Origin: Erysipelotrichaceae bacterium UBA6182
GTDB taxonomy: Bacteria; Bacillota_I; Bacilli_A; Erysipelotrichales; Erysipelotrichaceae
Assembly: GCA_002422065.1 (NCBI GenBank)
Contig: DITO01000109.1
Span: 1-35,751, forward strand
Direction: 5' to 3'
Length of the DNA: 35,751 bases
Part shown: one piece after another, positions 1 through 9,953 of the stretch
Layout of the letters: every line of letters starts with the position of its first letter
How positions within the stretch are numbered: position 1 is the stretch's first letter
Translations under genes and position numbers: made by a program
Notes under the pieces: generated by a model
What the model was told of the DNA's origin: nothing
Seen by the model: only the letters and a program-made list of their open reading frames with translations
Databases searched by the model: none

Positions 1-2
1 GA

Positions 3-686
3 TATACTAATCCTACATCCCATGTGGTTGCTTCGCTAACTTCAGTTCACAGTCAACATCTCCATATAAATACGCAAAATCAAACATTTGTTATTTTCCG
101 TGAGGCACCAAGTATTAATGATGCATATAATACAGCAGCAGTCTTTGCTCTTTTTGTGGCAATGAAAGATAACTTAAATAAACGTGTGGAACAACTTGGT
201 TCAATAAAAACAGTATCATCGCGTTTTAGTGAGATGCATGTTAAGAACAAGCGGATTGTTGGATTACTTGCGAAAGATCAAAATCCTGTCGCCAATTCAC
301 GGTTATGTGATTTCCTAACTACACAATCTCAATGGGGAAGACTTGGTTTATGTTTAATGAGTGAAGTTCACGCCCACGAGGCAAAACCGTATGAAGTAGA
401 AAACATGGCATATATTTATGATACTGATTTTGAGTATCTTAATGAAGTAAACGTTACTCAACTCATGCTTGGAGGGCATCGTCGCTTTGAATATCAAGCA
501 AGACTTTTACTCGCTGGATTAGATAAAGAAACAATGGTTATTGTTGAGCGTGAAGATGATGAAATAAATGCCATTGATTTAGATAAGGTGGATACAATCA
601 TTCTAATGTACTCAACCAAAAATATAGATGAAGCGATGAATTTGCGTGAACAACTTGTTACACGCATTCAAAAGGAGTGTATATGA
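3..686 (+). CDS. murT: Mur-ligase family protein, MurT-like, C-terminal part (5' end outside window)
   Basis: The frame is open from base 3 with no stop before the listed GTG at 24, so the gene is cut by the window edge. Its stop TGA (684-686) overlaps the ATG (683) of a GatD-like amidotransferase, which is the canonical MurT-GatD arrangement. The sequence looks like a Mur-ligase C-terminal domain (LLAKDQNPVANS). The call is mostly context-based. Confidence 0.45.
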   Translation, partial: YTNPTSHVVASLTSVHSQHLHINTQNQTFVIFREAPSINDAYNTAAVFALFVAMKDNLNKRVEQLGSIKTVSSRFSEMHVKNKRIVGLLAKDQNPVANSRLCDFLTTQSQWGRLGLCLMSEVHAHEAKPYEVENMAYIYDTDFEYLNEVNVTQLMLGGHRRFEYQARLLLAGLDKETMVIVEREDDEINAIDLDKVDTIILMYSTKNIDEAMNLREQLVTRIQKECI

Positions 687-1399
687 TCATTGAATGGTTA
701 AATCCAGAAGGAACTATGTTGTTTGGTGATCGTGGAAACTGGATGTTACTTCAAAGAATATTCCCAAATGCGACATTCATCGAAACACCTCTTCATTCTA
801 TTCCAGCATTTACTCATCAAAATGTAGATCTGTTATGTATGGGTTCGATGAATGAGCGTATGCAAATTCAAATGATTCATTGGTTATCAACGTACATTGA
901 TCCTTTGAAATCTAGAATAAATAATGATCAAGGTTGTTTATTCTTCGGTAATAGTCAAGATATCCTTGGATTAAGTATTATCCGTGAAAAAAATGAATCA
1001 CAAAAAGCTTTAGCTTTGTATCCGTTCAGTGTTAAACAAGAATCAATCAAAAGATACAATGCTTTAGTAGGAATCGAAACTAAATATGGTTTGATTCTTG
1101 GGCATAAAAGTACTTTCTCACTATTATATGATACTCAAGATATTCCTAGCTTTGGAAAAGTCGTTCAAGGGTTTGGTCATAACTTAGAAGACTCACTTGA
1201 TGGTATTCATGATCATCATATGATTGCCACTTCACTCATGGGACCACTACTTGTTTTAAACCCTCATTTTACTCAAAAATATCTTCAAGAAGTAACTAAA
1301 GAAGAGATCAATATTCCGTTCTTTGAAGAACTATCTCTCGCTTATGAAGCTAAGAAAAGAGATTTTGAAACAAGCACTCATTTCGTTTACGATAAGTAA
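683..1399 (+). CDS. gatD: GatD/CobQ-type glutamine amidotransferase-like protein (possibly catalytically degenerate)
   Basis: ATG 683 is preceded by AAAGGAG (671-677), a better start than the listed GTG 677. By-eye blocks matching GatD: LLCMGSMNERMQ (GGGSDREQ-like), RYNALVGIE (RLTGDIVIE-like) and GFGHNLEDSLDGIH...SLMGPLLVLNP (GYGNN.ED..EGIH...YLHGP.LPKN-like). Confidence 0.55.
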   Translation: MIIEWLNPEGTMLFGDRGNWMLLQRIFPNATFIETPLHSIPAFTHQNVDLLCMGSMNERMQIQMIHWLSTYIDPLKSRINNDQGCLFFGNSQDILGLSIIREKNESQKALALYPFSVKQESIKRYNALVGIETKYGLILGHKSTFSLLYDTQDIPSFGKVVQGFGHNLEDSLDGIHDHHMIATSLMGPLLVLNPHFTQKYLQEVTKEEINIPFFEELSLAYEAKKRDFETSTHFVYDK

Positions 1400-1498
1400 A
1401 TCTAGTTTCATCATAAACCATTGGATAAAGTCTAACTTATCTTTACTTTTCATCTGTTTTCTGATATTCTAATAAAACGAGTAGATATGAAATATTTA

Positions 1499-1542
1499 CT
1501 CCTTGCCTGAAAAGGCCGGATAGACCAAAAGGAGGTGTACAC
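1499..1542 (+). promoter_or_regulatory. Possible rpsF leader (S6:S18 autoregulatory 5' UTR structure)
   Basis: CTCCTT (1499-1504) is complementary to the SD AAGGAG (1529-1534). This pairing encloses a GCC-tgaaaa-GGC hairpin (1505-1516) followed by an unpaired CCG (1516-1518). The S6:S18-binding leader motif described for rpsF operons has a conserved CCG bulge. Confidence 0.3.
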
Positions 1543-1833
1543 ATGCGTAAGTATGAAATTCTGTACATTATTAACGCTTCTGTTGAAGAAGCCGCACGCC
1601 AAGAAGTCATTGAGAACATGAAGAACATTATTACTACAGGTAATGGTGTCGTGTCTGAAGTGACTGAATGGGGTATGCGCGAATTTGCATATGAAATCAA
1701 TCATATGACAAAAGGTTATTATGTATTAATGAACTTTCAAGCAGACACAGATACGGTAAAAGAACTTGATCGACTCAATCGAATCAATGCTAAATTAGTC
1801 CGTTTCATCGTCGTCAATTTAGAAGAAAAGTAA
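1543..1833 (+). CDS. rpsF: 30S ribosomal protein S6
   Basis: 96 aa with MRKYE.LYII...EWG.R.FAYEI signature. GGAGG SD lies upstream. Sits in the classic rpsF-ssb-rpsR operon. Confidence 0.95.
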   Translation: MRKYEILYIINASVEEAARQEVIENMKNIITTGNGVVSEVTEWGMREFAYEINHMTKGYYVLMNFQADTDTVKELDRLNRINAKLVRFIVVNLEEK

Positions 1834-1843
1834 GGAGTTAACT

Positions 1844-2314
1844 ATGCTCAATAAAGCAATCATCATCGGAAGATTTACACGTGACCTTGAACTCAGAAAA
1901 ACCCAAAACGGAAAATCTGTTCTTAGTTTTTCTTTAGCAAGTAGTCGTAAGTACGGTGGCAATGAGCAAGTTGATTATGTGAATTGTACAGTTTGGGAAA
2001 AAGGAGCAGAGATTATTGCTCAATACATGAAAAAAGGATCACTCATTCAAGTTGAAGGACGTAATGTCTCTCGCTCATATGATGATAAAGATGGAAGAAA
2101 AGTGTATGTTCAAGAAGTACTTGTGGAAAGTTTTAACTTTCTAGAGTCACGCTCTTCATCAACACAAAACACCAATCCTTCAAGTAACTATTCCAATCAA
2201 TACAACACACCACAAAGTAACTACACAGTGTCAGATCCTTATGCCGACTTTGCATCAAGTGACGACCAAGATGGACCACTATTAGATATTTCAAGTGATG
2301 ACTTACCGTTCTAG
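1844..2314 (+). CDS. ssb: Single-stranded DNA-binding protein
   Basis: N-terminal OB fold (MLNKAIIIGRFTRDLELRKTQNGKSV..F.LA), low-complexity Q/N/S/P linker and acidic C-terminal tip DDLPF. Confidence 0.95.
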   Translation: MLNKAIIIGRFTRDLELRKTQNGKSVLSFSLASSRKYGGNEQVDYVNCTVWEKGAEIIAQYMKKGSLIQVEGRNVSRSYDDKDGRKVYVQEVLVESFNFLESRSSSTQNTNPSSNYSNQYNTPQSNYTVSDPYADFASSDDQDGPLLDISSDDLPF

Positions 2315-2334
2315 TCATCTGAAAGGAGAGAAAC

Positions 2335-2565
2335 ATGGCATTTAAAAAACAACGTGTTGCTCGCAAAAAAGTTTGTTATTTCACTAAAAACAACATTACT
2401 GTCATTGACTATAAAGACGTAGAATTATTAAAACGTTTTATTTCAGCGAATGGTAAAATTATTCCTCGTCGTGTGACAGGAACTAGTGCTAAATACCAAC
2501 GTATTCTTGCGAATGCAATCAAACGCGCTCGTCAAATGGCTTTAATCCCATACGTAGCCGACTAA
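2335..2565 (+). CDS. rpsR: 30S ribosomal protein S18
   Basis: 76 aa with [30 protein letters not shown]......R.L..AIKRAR..AL.PY signature. Confidence 0.95.
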   Translation: MAFKKQRVARKKVCYFTKNNITVIDYKDVELLKRFISANGKIIPRRVTGTSAKYQRILANAIKRARQMALIPYVAD

Positions 2566-2580
2566 ACAGATCATGTAAGA

Positions 2581-2605
2581 CTCCGCTACTAAGCGGAGTT
2601 TTTTT
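2581..2605 (+). terminator. Rho-independent terminator of rpsF-ssb-rpsR
   Basis: CTCCGCT-acta-AGCGGAG stem-loop followed by 7 T. Confidence 0.85.
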
Positions 2606-2616
2606 AAAGGACTTCT

Positions 2617-3528
2617 ATGACCACTCGATCAATAACACAAGGTGCATTAACTATTGCCTTATCTGCAGTCTTAATGCTCATCTCTAGACAGTTTCCAGGT
2701 TTACTGGATGTTTTAATAGCATGGATTTTACCACTACCACTTATCTTGTATGGTGCACGATTTAAACCATCACAAATGTGGGTAGTCTTTTTCTCCACTC
2801 TATTACTTTCATTTTTGATTGCTCCATTCACAAGTGCATTATACTTTATGTTTTATTTTCTTCATGGTGCACTGTTTGGAATAGGGCTACATCTTAAATG
2901 GAGTAGACAACAACTATTCTTAAGTTCTATCGGAAGTATGTTATTGGTTACTTTATTTAGTGTTGGACTCTTCTCAAGTCTATTTGGATATGATCTTATT
3001 AGAGAGTATCAAATAATACTATCACAGCTTTCAAATATACTTACGGAAACCGGTATTTCAGTGCCTACTGGAGTGGATATTGCACGTGTAGCACTTATAT
3101 CAATGATTACATCCTATGTTTTTGTGGTCATTGTGGAAGGGTTTCTTGTCTATTTAATGGCATTAATCTTAGTCACCCGCTTAAAGGTAGCATCTATTCC
3201 ACCTAAAGCAACTAAGCGATTTCAACTTCCGTTTTATGGCGGAGTTATTGCATTACTACTCATTATTCCATATCCATTATCAGTAGCATTAAACAACGAA
3301 ACATTCCTTATTCCTGCCATTGCTTTGTATGTAAGTGGCGTTGTCGTGATAGTGTATAATGCTTTGAATTTTGCTATAATAGTCAAAAGAACTTATAAGA
3401 TTAAATATTTTTATTTAATCTTAGTGCTTTTATTACTACTCATTCCACAAATTTGGTTAGATATCATGTTAATTGTTGGCCTTTTGGATAGTTTTGTTCA
3501 TTTAAGGCAACGATGGTTAGGAGCATAA
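2617..3528 (+). CDS. yybS: YybS-like polytopic membrane protein (DUF2232-type)
   Basis: 303 aa, hydrophobic throughout with multiple TM helices. It lies immediately upstream of gdpP, as yybS does in Bacillus (yybS-yybT-rplI-dnaC). Confidence 0.6.
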   Translation: MTTRSITQGALTIALSAVLMLISRQFPGLLDVLIAWILPLPLILYGARFKPSQMWVVFFSTLLLSFLIAPFTSALYFMFYFLHGALFGIGLHLKWSRQQLFLSSIGSMLLVTLFSVGLFSSLFGYDLIREYQIILSQLSNILTETGISVPTGVDIARVALISMITSYVFVVIVEGFLVYLMALILVTRLKVASIPPKATKRFQLPFYGGVIALLLIIPYPLSVALNNETFLIPAIALYVSGVVVIVYNALNFAIIVKRTYKIKYFYLILVLLLLLIPQIWLDIMLIVGLLDSFVHLRQRWLGA

Positions 3529-3529
3529 A

Positions 3530-5482
3530 ATGCTTGAAAGACTTGAAGAGTTAAAACTTCAACTTGTCTACCTCCTTACAGGAGAGTTTATCCTCTCTCT
3601 TTTTATCTTGTTCTTTTTTGAACGTTGGTTACTCCTAGTATTATCCATCCTGGGTGTTCTAAACTTTGTTCTTTTAATTGCCATTATTATTGTTGTTACA
3701 CGTGGTGTAAAGGAGCGAATGCTACATTTGACACGCGTTGTAGGATCTAATGTTAAACATGCTCTTGATATTGGACGAGTTGGGTTCTTATCCTTTGATG
3801 ACCAATATGTCGTTGACTATACAAGTGAGTTCTTTGATGAATTCAATCTTGATTGGGTAGGTCAAAGGGTGACTAGTATCCATCCTCAGATTGGACAAAT
3901 TCTCAGTGGTGAAGTAAATCATCTTGCCATTGAACTAGAAGAGGTAAAATACGAAATCAAACGAGTGAGTAATACACTTTTCTTTAAAGATATAAGTGAT
4001 ATATCACGTATTCAAAAGCAATTTCTTGAAAATTCAGTGGTTATTGGATATATCCATTTTGATAACTATGAAGAATCTACACAATACCAAGAAGAACAAA
4101 CGATTGCGAATATTGACTCAGGGATTAGACAGCCAGTTATAGATTGGGCTAAGAAAAATGGTATGTTTTTACGACGTGTTAAAGCAGATCGTTTTCTAGT
4201 TGTTCTCAATGAAAAGATATTTAAGAATATTCTTAATGAACGATTCGAAATACTTAATCAAATCCGTGAAAGTGCAACCCATCTTGATCTTGCGATTTCC
4301 CTATCTATGGCGTTTGCTAAAGGAACGACAGATTTTGATGAGTTAGAAGAACTTGCTAACCAAGGATTAGAACTTGCTCAAAACCGTGGTGGAGATCAAG
4401 TGGCTATAAAACACGTAGGCAGGCAAACTCAATACTTTGGTGGAACACTTGTAGCTAATGAAAAACGTAATAAAGTTAAAGTTCGTGTAATGGCTCAGTC
4501 TATTAAAGAACTTATTGTGAAGTCTTCTAATATTATTATTGTAGGCCATAAAGAAATGGATTTCGATTGTATGGGTTCTGCCCTATCTATGTCAAGAATA
4601 TGTAGTGCACTACAAAAGCAATCAAGCATTGTTACAAGTGGTGGCATTGAAAAAATGATGAAGGCAGCATTTGATCTTCATGCAGAGCATCTTCAAGGGC
4701 GTCATACTTTTGTGACTGAATCACAAGCTTTGAATTCTTTAAATGATAATACACTTGTAATTATGTTAGATCATCATCTTGCAGAACATTCCAATGGTGA
4801 ACATATCATTAATAAAGCAAAACATATATGTGTCATTGATCATCATCGTCGTGGTAAAGATTTCACTTTTGATCCAACCTTGGTATACATCGAATCGTGG
4901 TCTTCCAGTGTTGTTGAATTATTAAGTGAATTAATGCAGTATATGGGAATACGTAACTTTATGTCATCCATTGAATCTACAATTATGTTGACAGGAATGA
5001 TTGTTGATACCAATCGCTTCCGATTAAAAACAAGTTCTAGAACATATGAAGCTGCAGCATATCTAAGACTCTTAGGAGCTGAACCTGGGGATGCTGATAG
5101 TTTTCTTAAAGAAACATACGATGATTTCGAACTTAAAACAAACGTATTACATCATGCACAATATTTAGATAATGGTATTGTCATTGTTCCTTATGATGAG
5201 CAATTACTTGCTCGTCCAGTGATGTCGATGGTTGCTGATCAATTACTTGGGATATCAGATGTTGAGGCTAGTTTTGTTATTGCGAATGTCAGTGATAATT
5301 CAGTGGCAATATCAGCTCGTTCACGTGGCAAATTTAACGTCCAATTTGTCTTAGAGAAACTAGGTGGCGGTGGGCATTACACTGCAGCTGCAGTTCAAAA
5401 AGAAAATATGAGTGTTGAAGAATTATCACAACTTTGTATTGAAGAAATAAATCGTTATATTGAAAACGGAGGAAATATATGA
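3530..5482 (+). CDS. gdpP: Cyclic-di-AMP phosphodiesterase GdpP (YybT)
   Basis: 650 aa with two N-terminal TM helices and a central PAS/degenerate GGDEF-like region. The C terminus has DHH (VIDHHRRG) and DHHA1 (GGGGH) motifs. Synteny with rplI and dnaB supports the call. Confidence 0.85.
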   Translation: MLERLEELKLQLVYLLTGEFILSLFILFFFERWLLLVLSILGVLNFVLLIAIIIVVTRGVKERMLHLTRVVGSNVKHALDIGRVGFLSFDDQYVVDYTSEFFDEFNLDWVGQRVTSIHPQIGQILSGEVNHLAIELEEVKYEIKRVSNTLFFKDISDISRIQKQFLENSVVIGYIHFDNYEESTQYQEEQTIANIDSGIRQPVIDWAKKNGMFLRRVKADRFLVVLNEKIFKNILNERFEILNQIRESATHLDLAISLSMAFAKGTTDFDELEELANQGLELAQNRGGDQVAIKHVGRQTQYFGGTLVANEKRNKVKVRVMAQSIKELIVKSSNIIIVGHKEMDFDCMGSALSMSRICSALQKQSSIVTSGGIEKMMKAAFDLHAEHLQGRHTFVTESQALNSLNDNTLVIMLDHHLAEHSNGEHIINKAKHICVIDHHRRGKDFTFDPTLVYIESWSSSVVELLSELMQYMGIRNFMSSIESTIMLTGMIVDTNRFRLKTSSRTYEAAAYLRLLGAEPGDADSFLKETYDDFELKTNVLHHAQYLDNGIVIVPYDEQLLARPVMSMVADQLLGISDVEASFVIANVSDNSVAISARSRGKFNVQFVLEKLGGGGHYTAAAVQKENMSVEELSQLCIEEINRYIENGGNI

Positions 5483-5919
5483 AGGTCATCTTATTGAAGG
5501 ATGTTAAGAATCTAGGAAAAAAGGACGAAGTCATTGAAGTGTCTGATGGATATGCAAGAAACTTCTTGTTTCGTCAAAATCTTGCAGTCATTGCGAATAC
5601 TAAATCGATGGAAAACCTAAAAGAAAATCAAGATAATGAAAAATCTAGATTAGAATCAATTAAACAAGATGCAGTAGATTTAAAGACAAAAATGGAAAAT
5701 ATCACACTAACATTCTCATTAAAGTCAGGAAAAGAAGGCAAGACATTTGGTTCTATTTCCACAAAGCAAATTGGAGAATCATTGGATCAACTTGGATATA
5801 AGATTGATAAACGAAAAATACTAAGTGATCCACTAGCATCTTTAGGCATGCATAAAGTAAAAATTGAACTGCACAAAGATGTTGTTGTGACCATTACAGT
5901 TCGTATTAATGAGGAATAA
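5479..5919 (+). CDS. rplI: 50S ribosomal protein L9
   Basis: 146 aa with [30 protein letters not shown] signature. ATGA overlap with the gdpP stop. Confidence 0.95.
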   Translation: MKVILLKDVKNLGKKDEVIEVSDGYARNFLFRQNLAVIANTKSMENLKENQDNEKSRLESIKQDAVDLKTKMENITLTFSLKSGKEGKTFGSISTKQIGESLDQLGYKIDKRKILSDPLASLGMHKVKIELHKDVVVTITVRINEE

Positions 5920-5921
5920 CT

Positions 5922-7256
5922 ATGAATCACTCGCTTCCACACAATCTTGAGGCAGAACGTGCCTTACTTGGATCACTTCTTGTTTATCCACAGTCACTAA
6001 AAACAGTCAATGAAATTGGTATTATGGCTGATTCATTCTTTTTAGAGACACATGGGATTATTTTTAATGCAATGAATGATGTGATTTTATCTGGCAAGAA
6101 TGTGGATGCAACCACGCTTTTATCAAGACTTGAAGACTTATCGATGTTATCAAGAGTTGGAGGAGTTGAAGGGATTTCATCACTTCTAGAAAGCTCTACA
6201 TCAAATGCTAATATAAAATACTATGCTCAAATTATTCTTGATAAAGCGATGTTAAGATCACTTATCTTAACTGCAGAAGATATTGCTTCTAAAGGGTTCA
6301 AACAAGAAGAAGATCTTGATGAAGTTCTTGATTATGCGGAAAAACTAATTATGCAAGTAACACGAAATCGTCGTGCAACTGACTTTAGAAATCCTAAAGA
6401 AGTAATCAATGAAGTCATGGATACTATTTCAAGAATGTCATCCAACAAAACCAATATTACAGGGATGAAAACTTCATATAAAGCATTGGATAATGTTACT
6501 AACGGACTTCAAAAAGGTGATTTAATCATCCTTGCAGCTCGCCCATCTATGGGTAAAACAGCCTTTGCATTAAATCTTGGACTTCAAGTAGCTCGTCATA
6601 ATCAAGAACCAGTTGCAATATTCTCATTAGAAATGCCAGCTGAGCAATTAATTATGCGTATGCTTTCTGCCAATGCTGCTATTGCTGGTAATCAATTAAG
6701 ATCAGGTTATCTTAATGGTTCTGAATGGAATAAACTCAATGAAGCAGCAAATGATCTTCGTATGCTTCCTATTTATATTGATGACTCACCAGGGATGAAA
6801 GTCTCTGAGATATTCTCTAAATGTCGTAAGCTTAAAGCTGAACAAGGCTTAGGCATGGTCATTATTGACTATATTCAGCTTATCAATGCATCCTCATCAA
6901 AAAACAGTGAAAACCGCCAACAAGAAGTATCAGAAATCTCACGTGCATTAAAAGGTTTAGCTCGTGAAATGAAAATCCCTGTTATCGCTTTATCACAGTT
7001 ATCACGTTTAGTTGAACGTCGTGAAGATAAACGACCAATGTTATCTGACTTACGTGAATCCGGTGCACTTGAACAAGATGCTGACATCGTCATGTTCTTG
7101 TATCGTGATGAATATTATCAAAAGAATGATGTAGAGCAAGCTCAAGAAGAAGTAGAAGTTGATATTGCGAAACATCGTAATGGACCAACACGAAAGATTA
7201 AACTTGCGTTTAGTCGTAATATTAACGCTTTTTACAACCTCATGATTGAAGAATAG
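5922..7256 (+). CDS. dnaB: Replicative DNA helicase (DnaB family; DnaC in Bacillus nomenclature)
   Basis: 444 aa with N-terminal PHNLEAERALLGS motif, Walker A ARPSMGKTAF, IIDYIQL and SQLSR..E.R motifs. Confidence 0.95.
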   Translation: MNHSLPHNLEAERALLGSLLVYPQSLKTVNEIGIMADSFFLETHGIIFNAMNDVILSGKNVDATTLLSRLEDLSMLSRVGGVEGISSLLESSTSNANIKYYAQIILDKAMLRSLILTAEDIASKGFKQEEDLDEVLDYAEKLIMQVTRNRRATDFRNPKEVINEVMDTISRMSSNKTNITGMKTSYKALDNVTNGLQKGDLIILAARPSMGKTAFALNLGLQVARHNQEPVAIFSLEMPAEQLIMRMLSANAAIAGNQLRSGYLNGSEWNKLNEAANDLRMLPIYIDDSPGMKVSEIFSKCRKLKAEQGLGMVIIDYIQLINASSSKNSENRQQEVSEISRALKGLAREMKIPVIALSQLSRLVERREDKRPMLSDLRESGALEQDADIVMFLYRDEYYQKNDVEQAQEEVEVDIAKHRNGPTRKIKLAFSRNINAFYNLMIEE

Positions 7257-7265
7257 GAGAAGAAA

Positions 7266-8765
7266 ATGATTAAGAAAGTGGTACTATTTTTAGCAATGAC
7301 CGTGATTTCACTCACGCTCACATTCACTATTTCTGGTGTACGCATTGTGCCACATCATGATTTTCGCCTGACACAACTTGAATTATCGACAGCAATTATT
7401 AAACAAGAAATTGAATTTAGACTAACTGATCCAATGAGTGTATATAAAGTCTATTATAAAGAGAAGCTTGTTGGAATTATGGAAGATGAAACACTAATTA
7501 GAAATTCACTTGATTCAACATATGCAATGACTTATGCAGAAGATTTTCCAGATTCAAAATTACTTCTCAATGAAGACATAACAATCATTGAAGATGTTGT
7601 TCAATACAAACTTAATAACATTGATAATGAAATTGTAAGTTTTATAGACACTAATCAACTTTATTCTATTGAAGTTATCCAAATTGATTTTTCAAGTGGA
7701 TATACTATTTATGTCAATCGTATTGAAGATTTTGAAGCAGCTCGGGAACAGTACTTGTTAAACTTTATTTCGAAAGAAGCCTATGATGCCATTATTCGTA
7801 AAGAAGAAATTCCACCACTTAAGGGATATGGCTATCGTGAAATGAATCTAATCGTTAGTGAAACGATTAAGACAAGTAAAGGACGTGCTCGTCCTGATGA
7901 AATATTAAAGAATACTAATGAAATTATTTATTTCTTTTCCTATGGTTATGACACAGAAATAAAATCATATACTGTACAACCGTTTGATACAGTAGAATCT
8001 GTCGCATATTTTAATGGATTAACGCCACAACAAGTACTATCAATCAATGCAGATAAGATTAAATCAAGCAATCAAATCTTAGAAGCAGGAATGAATCTAA
8101 ACGTTACCTATTTTAATTCACCGATTAAAGTCGTCGTTATTAGAGAAAGACGAGCTGAAGAAATTGTATATCCACAAAGTACATTATATTTACCCGATCC
8201 AACACTGCGAGAAGGAATGTCTCGAGTTTCAACTCAAGAAAACACAGGAACGAAAGATGTCCTGTATTTGGAAACATATGTTAACGGTGTACTCATGGGT
8301 GGGCAAGAATTAAGTTCAAGCGTGACTAGAGAACCGGTACGAGAAGTTATCCTATATGGAACTCGTGTTATCCCTGGGATTGGTAGTGGAACATTTAGAA
8401 TGCCTGTTAATAATTATAGAATTACTTGTGGATGGGGATGCTATCCAAATCATAGAGCGATTGATCTAGTAGATCGTTACTCACGTTATGGTTATATCTA
8501 TGCTGCAGATCGTGGTGTGGTACAGTCCCGTGGTTATGAACCACGTGGATATGGTTTTTGGATAAGAATCAACCATAACAATGGTTATGTTACTCTTTAT
8601 TCTCATCTTGATTCTATGGCGTATTTCCCACCAGGTGTTGCGGTTGAAAAAGGTGAACTCATTGGACGAATTGGTATGACAGGTAGAACTACAGGACCAC
8701 ATGTACACTTTGAAATAATTCAAAATGGTCGAATCATTCCACCATGTTCGTTATTACGATGCTAG
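7266..8765 (+). CDS. Membrane-anchored M23 (LytM-type) peptidoglycan hydrolase with LysM and G5 domains
   Basis: N-terminal signal anchor. LysM-like YTVQPFDTVESVAYFNGLTPQQVLSINADKI...AGMNLNV. G5-like block ending REVILYGTR. M23 motifs HRAIDL and GPHVHFEI. Confidence 0.8.
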   Translation: MIKKVVLFLAMTVISLTLTFTISGVRIVPHHDFRLTQLELSTAIIKQEIEFRLTDPMSVYKVYYKEKLVGIMEDETLIRNSLDSTYAMTYAEDFPDSKLLLNEDITIIEDVVQYKLNNIDNEIVSFIDTNQLYSIEVIQIDFSSGYTIYVNRIEDFEAAREQYLLNFISKEAYDAIIRKEEIPPLKGYGYREMNLIVSETIKTSKGRARPDEILKNTNEIIYFFSYGYDTEIKSYTVQPFDTVESVAYFNGLTPQQVLSINADKIKSSNQILEAGMNLNVTYFNSPIKVVVIRERRAEEIVYPQSTLYLPDPTLREGMSRVSTQENTGTKDVLYLETYVNGVLMGGQELSSSVTREPVREVILYGTRVIPGIGSGTFRMPVNNYRITCGWGCYPNHRAIDLVDRYSRYGYIYAADRGVVQSRGYEPRGYGFWIRINHNNGYVTLYSHLDSMAYFPPGVAVEKGELIGRIGMTGRTTGPHVHFEIIQNGRIIPPCSLLRC

Positions 8766-9502
8766 ACTTTAAGGTACTATCATTAGCAAGTGGATCTAAA
8801 GGTAATTCACTTGTGATACAAACCGAAAGCACTACAATCATGATTGATTGTGGTGGGCCTAAACGGTATCTCATCCAATCACTTAATCAACATGGCATTC
8901 AAGTTAAAGATATTGACGCATGTTTTATTACTCACCAACATAGTGATCACATGCTACAGATCAAGACATTTTCATCATGTCCAATCTATGCAATTGATCC
9001 TATAGCTTTTGTTAACACAAACTTAATTCAACCCCTAGAAAGAGTGGATGTCAATGAATGTGTTGTAGTTCCTTTTAAACTTTCACATGACATTCCTAAC
9101 GTGGGATATATCATTTATACTCGAAACTGTAAGATTGTCTGTGTTACAGACACAGGTTACTTACGACTTGAAGATATTGCTTTATTAAGTAACGCAGACT
9201 TTTATTACTTTGAGAGTAATTATGAACCTGCTATGTTATTATCCTCATCTAGACCTCACATGGTTAAAATGAGAACTATTTCAGATAGTGGACATCTATC
9301 CAATGATGATTCAGCACGATACTTAAAATCTATGATTGGACCTAGAACTCAAGAAGTTATGCTTGCACATATATCAGAAGAATCTAACACATTCTCTTTA
9401 GCCATCATCGCACATGCAAAAGCATGGTTAGAAGAATATCCAAGTATCAAGTTATCATGCGCTCGCCAATTTGAAGTGAGCCTTGGGGGAAATTATGATT
9501 AA
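8759..9502 (+). CDS. MBL-fold metallo-hydrolase, YycJ/WalJ-like
   Basis: HxHxDH motif (THQHSDH). MLDFKVLSLASGSKGNS is the typical N terminus, so ATG 8759 is preferred over 8744. Located upstream of rlmH, as yycJ is in Bacillus and Staphylococcus. Confidence 0.75.
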   Translation: MLDFKVLSLASGSKGNSLVIQTESTTIMIDCGGPKRYLIQSLNQHGIQVKDIDACFITHQHSDHMLQIKTFSSCPIYAIDPIAFVNTNLIQPLERVDVNECVVVPFKLSHDIPNVGYIIYTRNCKIVCVTDTGYLRLEDIALLSNADFYYFESNYEPAMLLSSSRPHMVKMRTISDSGHLSNDDSARYLKSMIGPRTQEVMLAHISEESNTFSLAIIAHAKAWLEEYPSIKLSCARQFEVSLGGNYD

Positions 9503-9953
9503 GATAATATGTGTAGGATCTATTAAAGAGAAGTTTACACAATCAATACTTGATGAGTATATTAAAAGACTAAGAACCCCATATCAGTTATCAATTATTG
9601 AACTGAAAGAATCTAAACATAAAAATCATCCAACCATGATGGTGGATGATGAAAGTGAAATGATTCTTAAACAGATATCAACCAACGATTATGTCGTTGC
9701 CTTAGATATTCAAGGGAAAAATGGATCAACTCAAGATTTTCATGAGATTATCAAGACTTCGTTTAGTACCTCAAAGAATTGTGTTTTCATTATTGGTGGT
9801 TCACATGGATATAATGAACAAGTGAGAAAACGTGCTAATGAGCGTTTCTCATTATCGAGAATGACATTTCCTCATCAACTAGTGAGAGTATTACTCATTG
9901 AACAAATCTATCGCTCATACACCTTATACCAGCATATTCCTTATGATAAATGA
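9495..9953 (+). CDS. rlmH: 23S rRNA (pseudouridine1915-N3)-methyltransferase RlmH
   Basis: SPOUT-type ~155 aa protein with MIKIICVGSIKE... and IIGGSHGY motifs. ATG 9495 follows a GGGGGA SD and is preferred over the listed TTG 9483. Confidence 0.9.
   Translation: MIKIICVGSIKEKFTQSILDEYIKRLRTPYQLSIIELKESKHKNHPTMMVDDESEMILKQISTNDYVVALDIQGKNGSTQDFHEIIKTSFSTSKNCVFIIGGSHGYNEQVRKRANERFSLSRMTFPHQLVRVLLIEQIYRSYTLYQHIPYDK

Noticed and set aside
1443-1704. Two minus-strand ORFs (84-85 aa) overlapping the rpsF leader and the 5' part of rpsF
   Set aside because: They are antisense shadows of a highly conserved ribosomal protein gene. They have no SD and no recognisable protein features.
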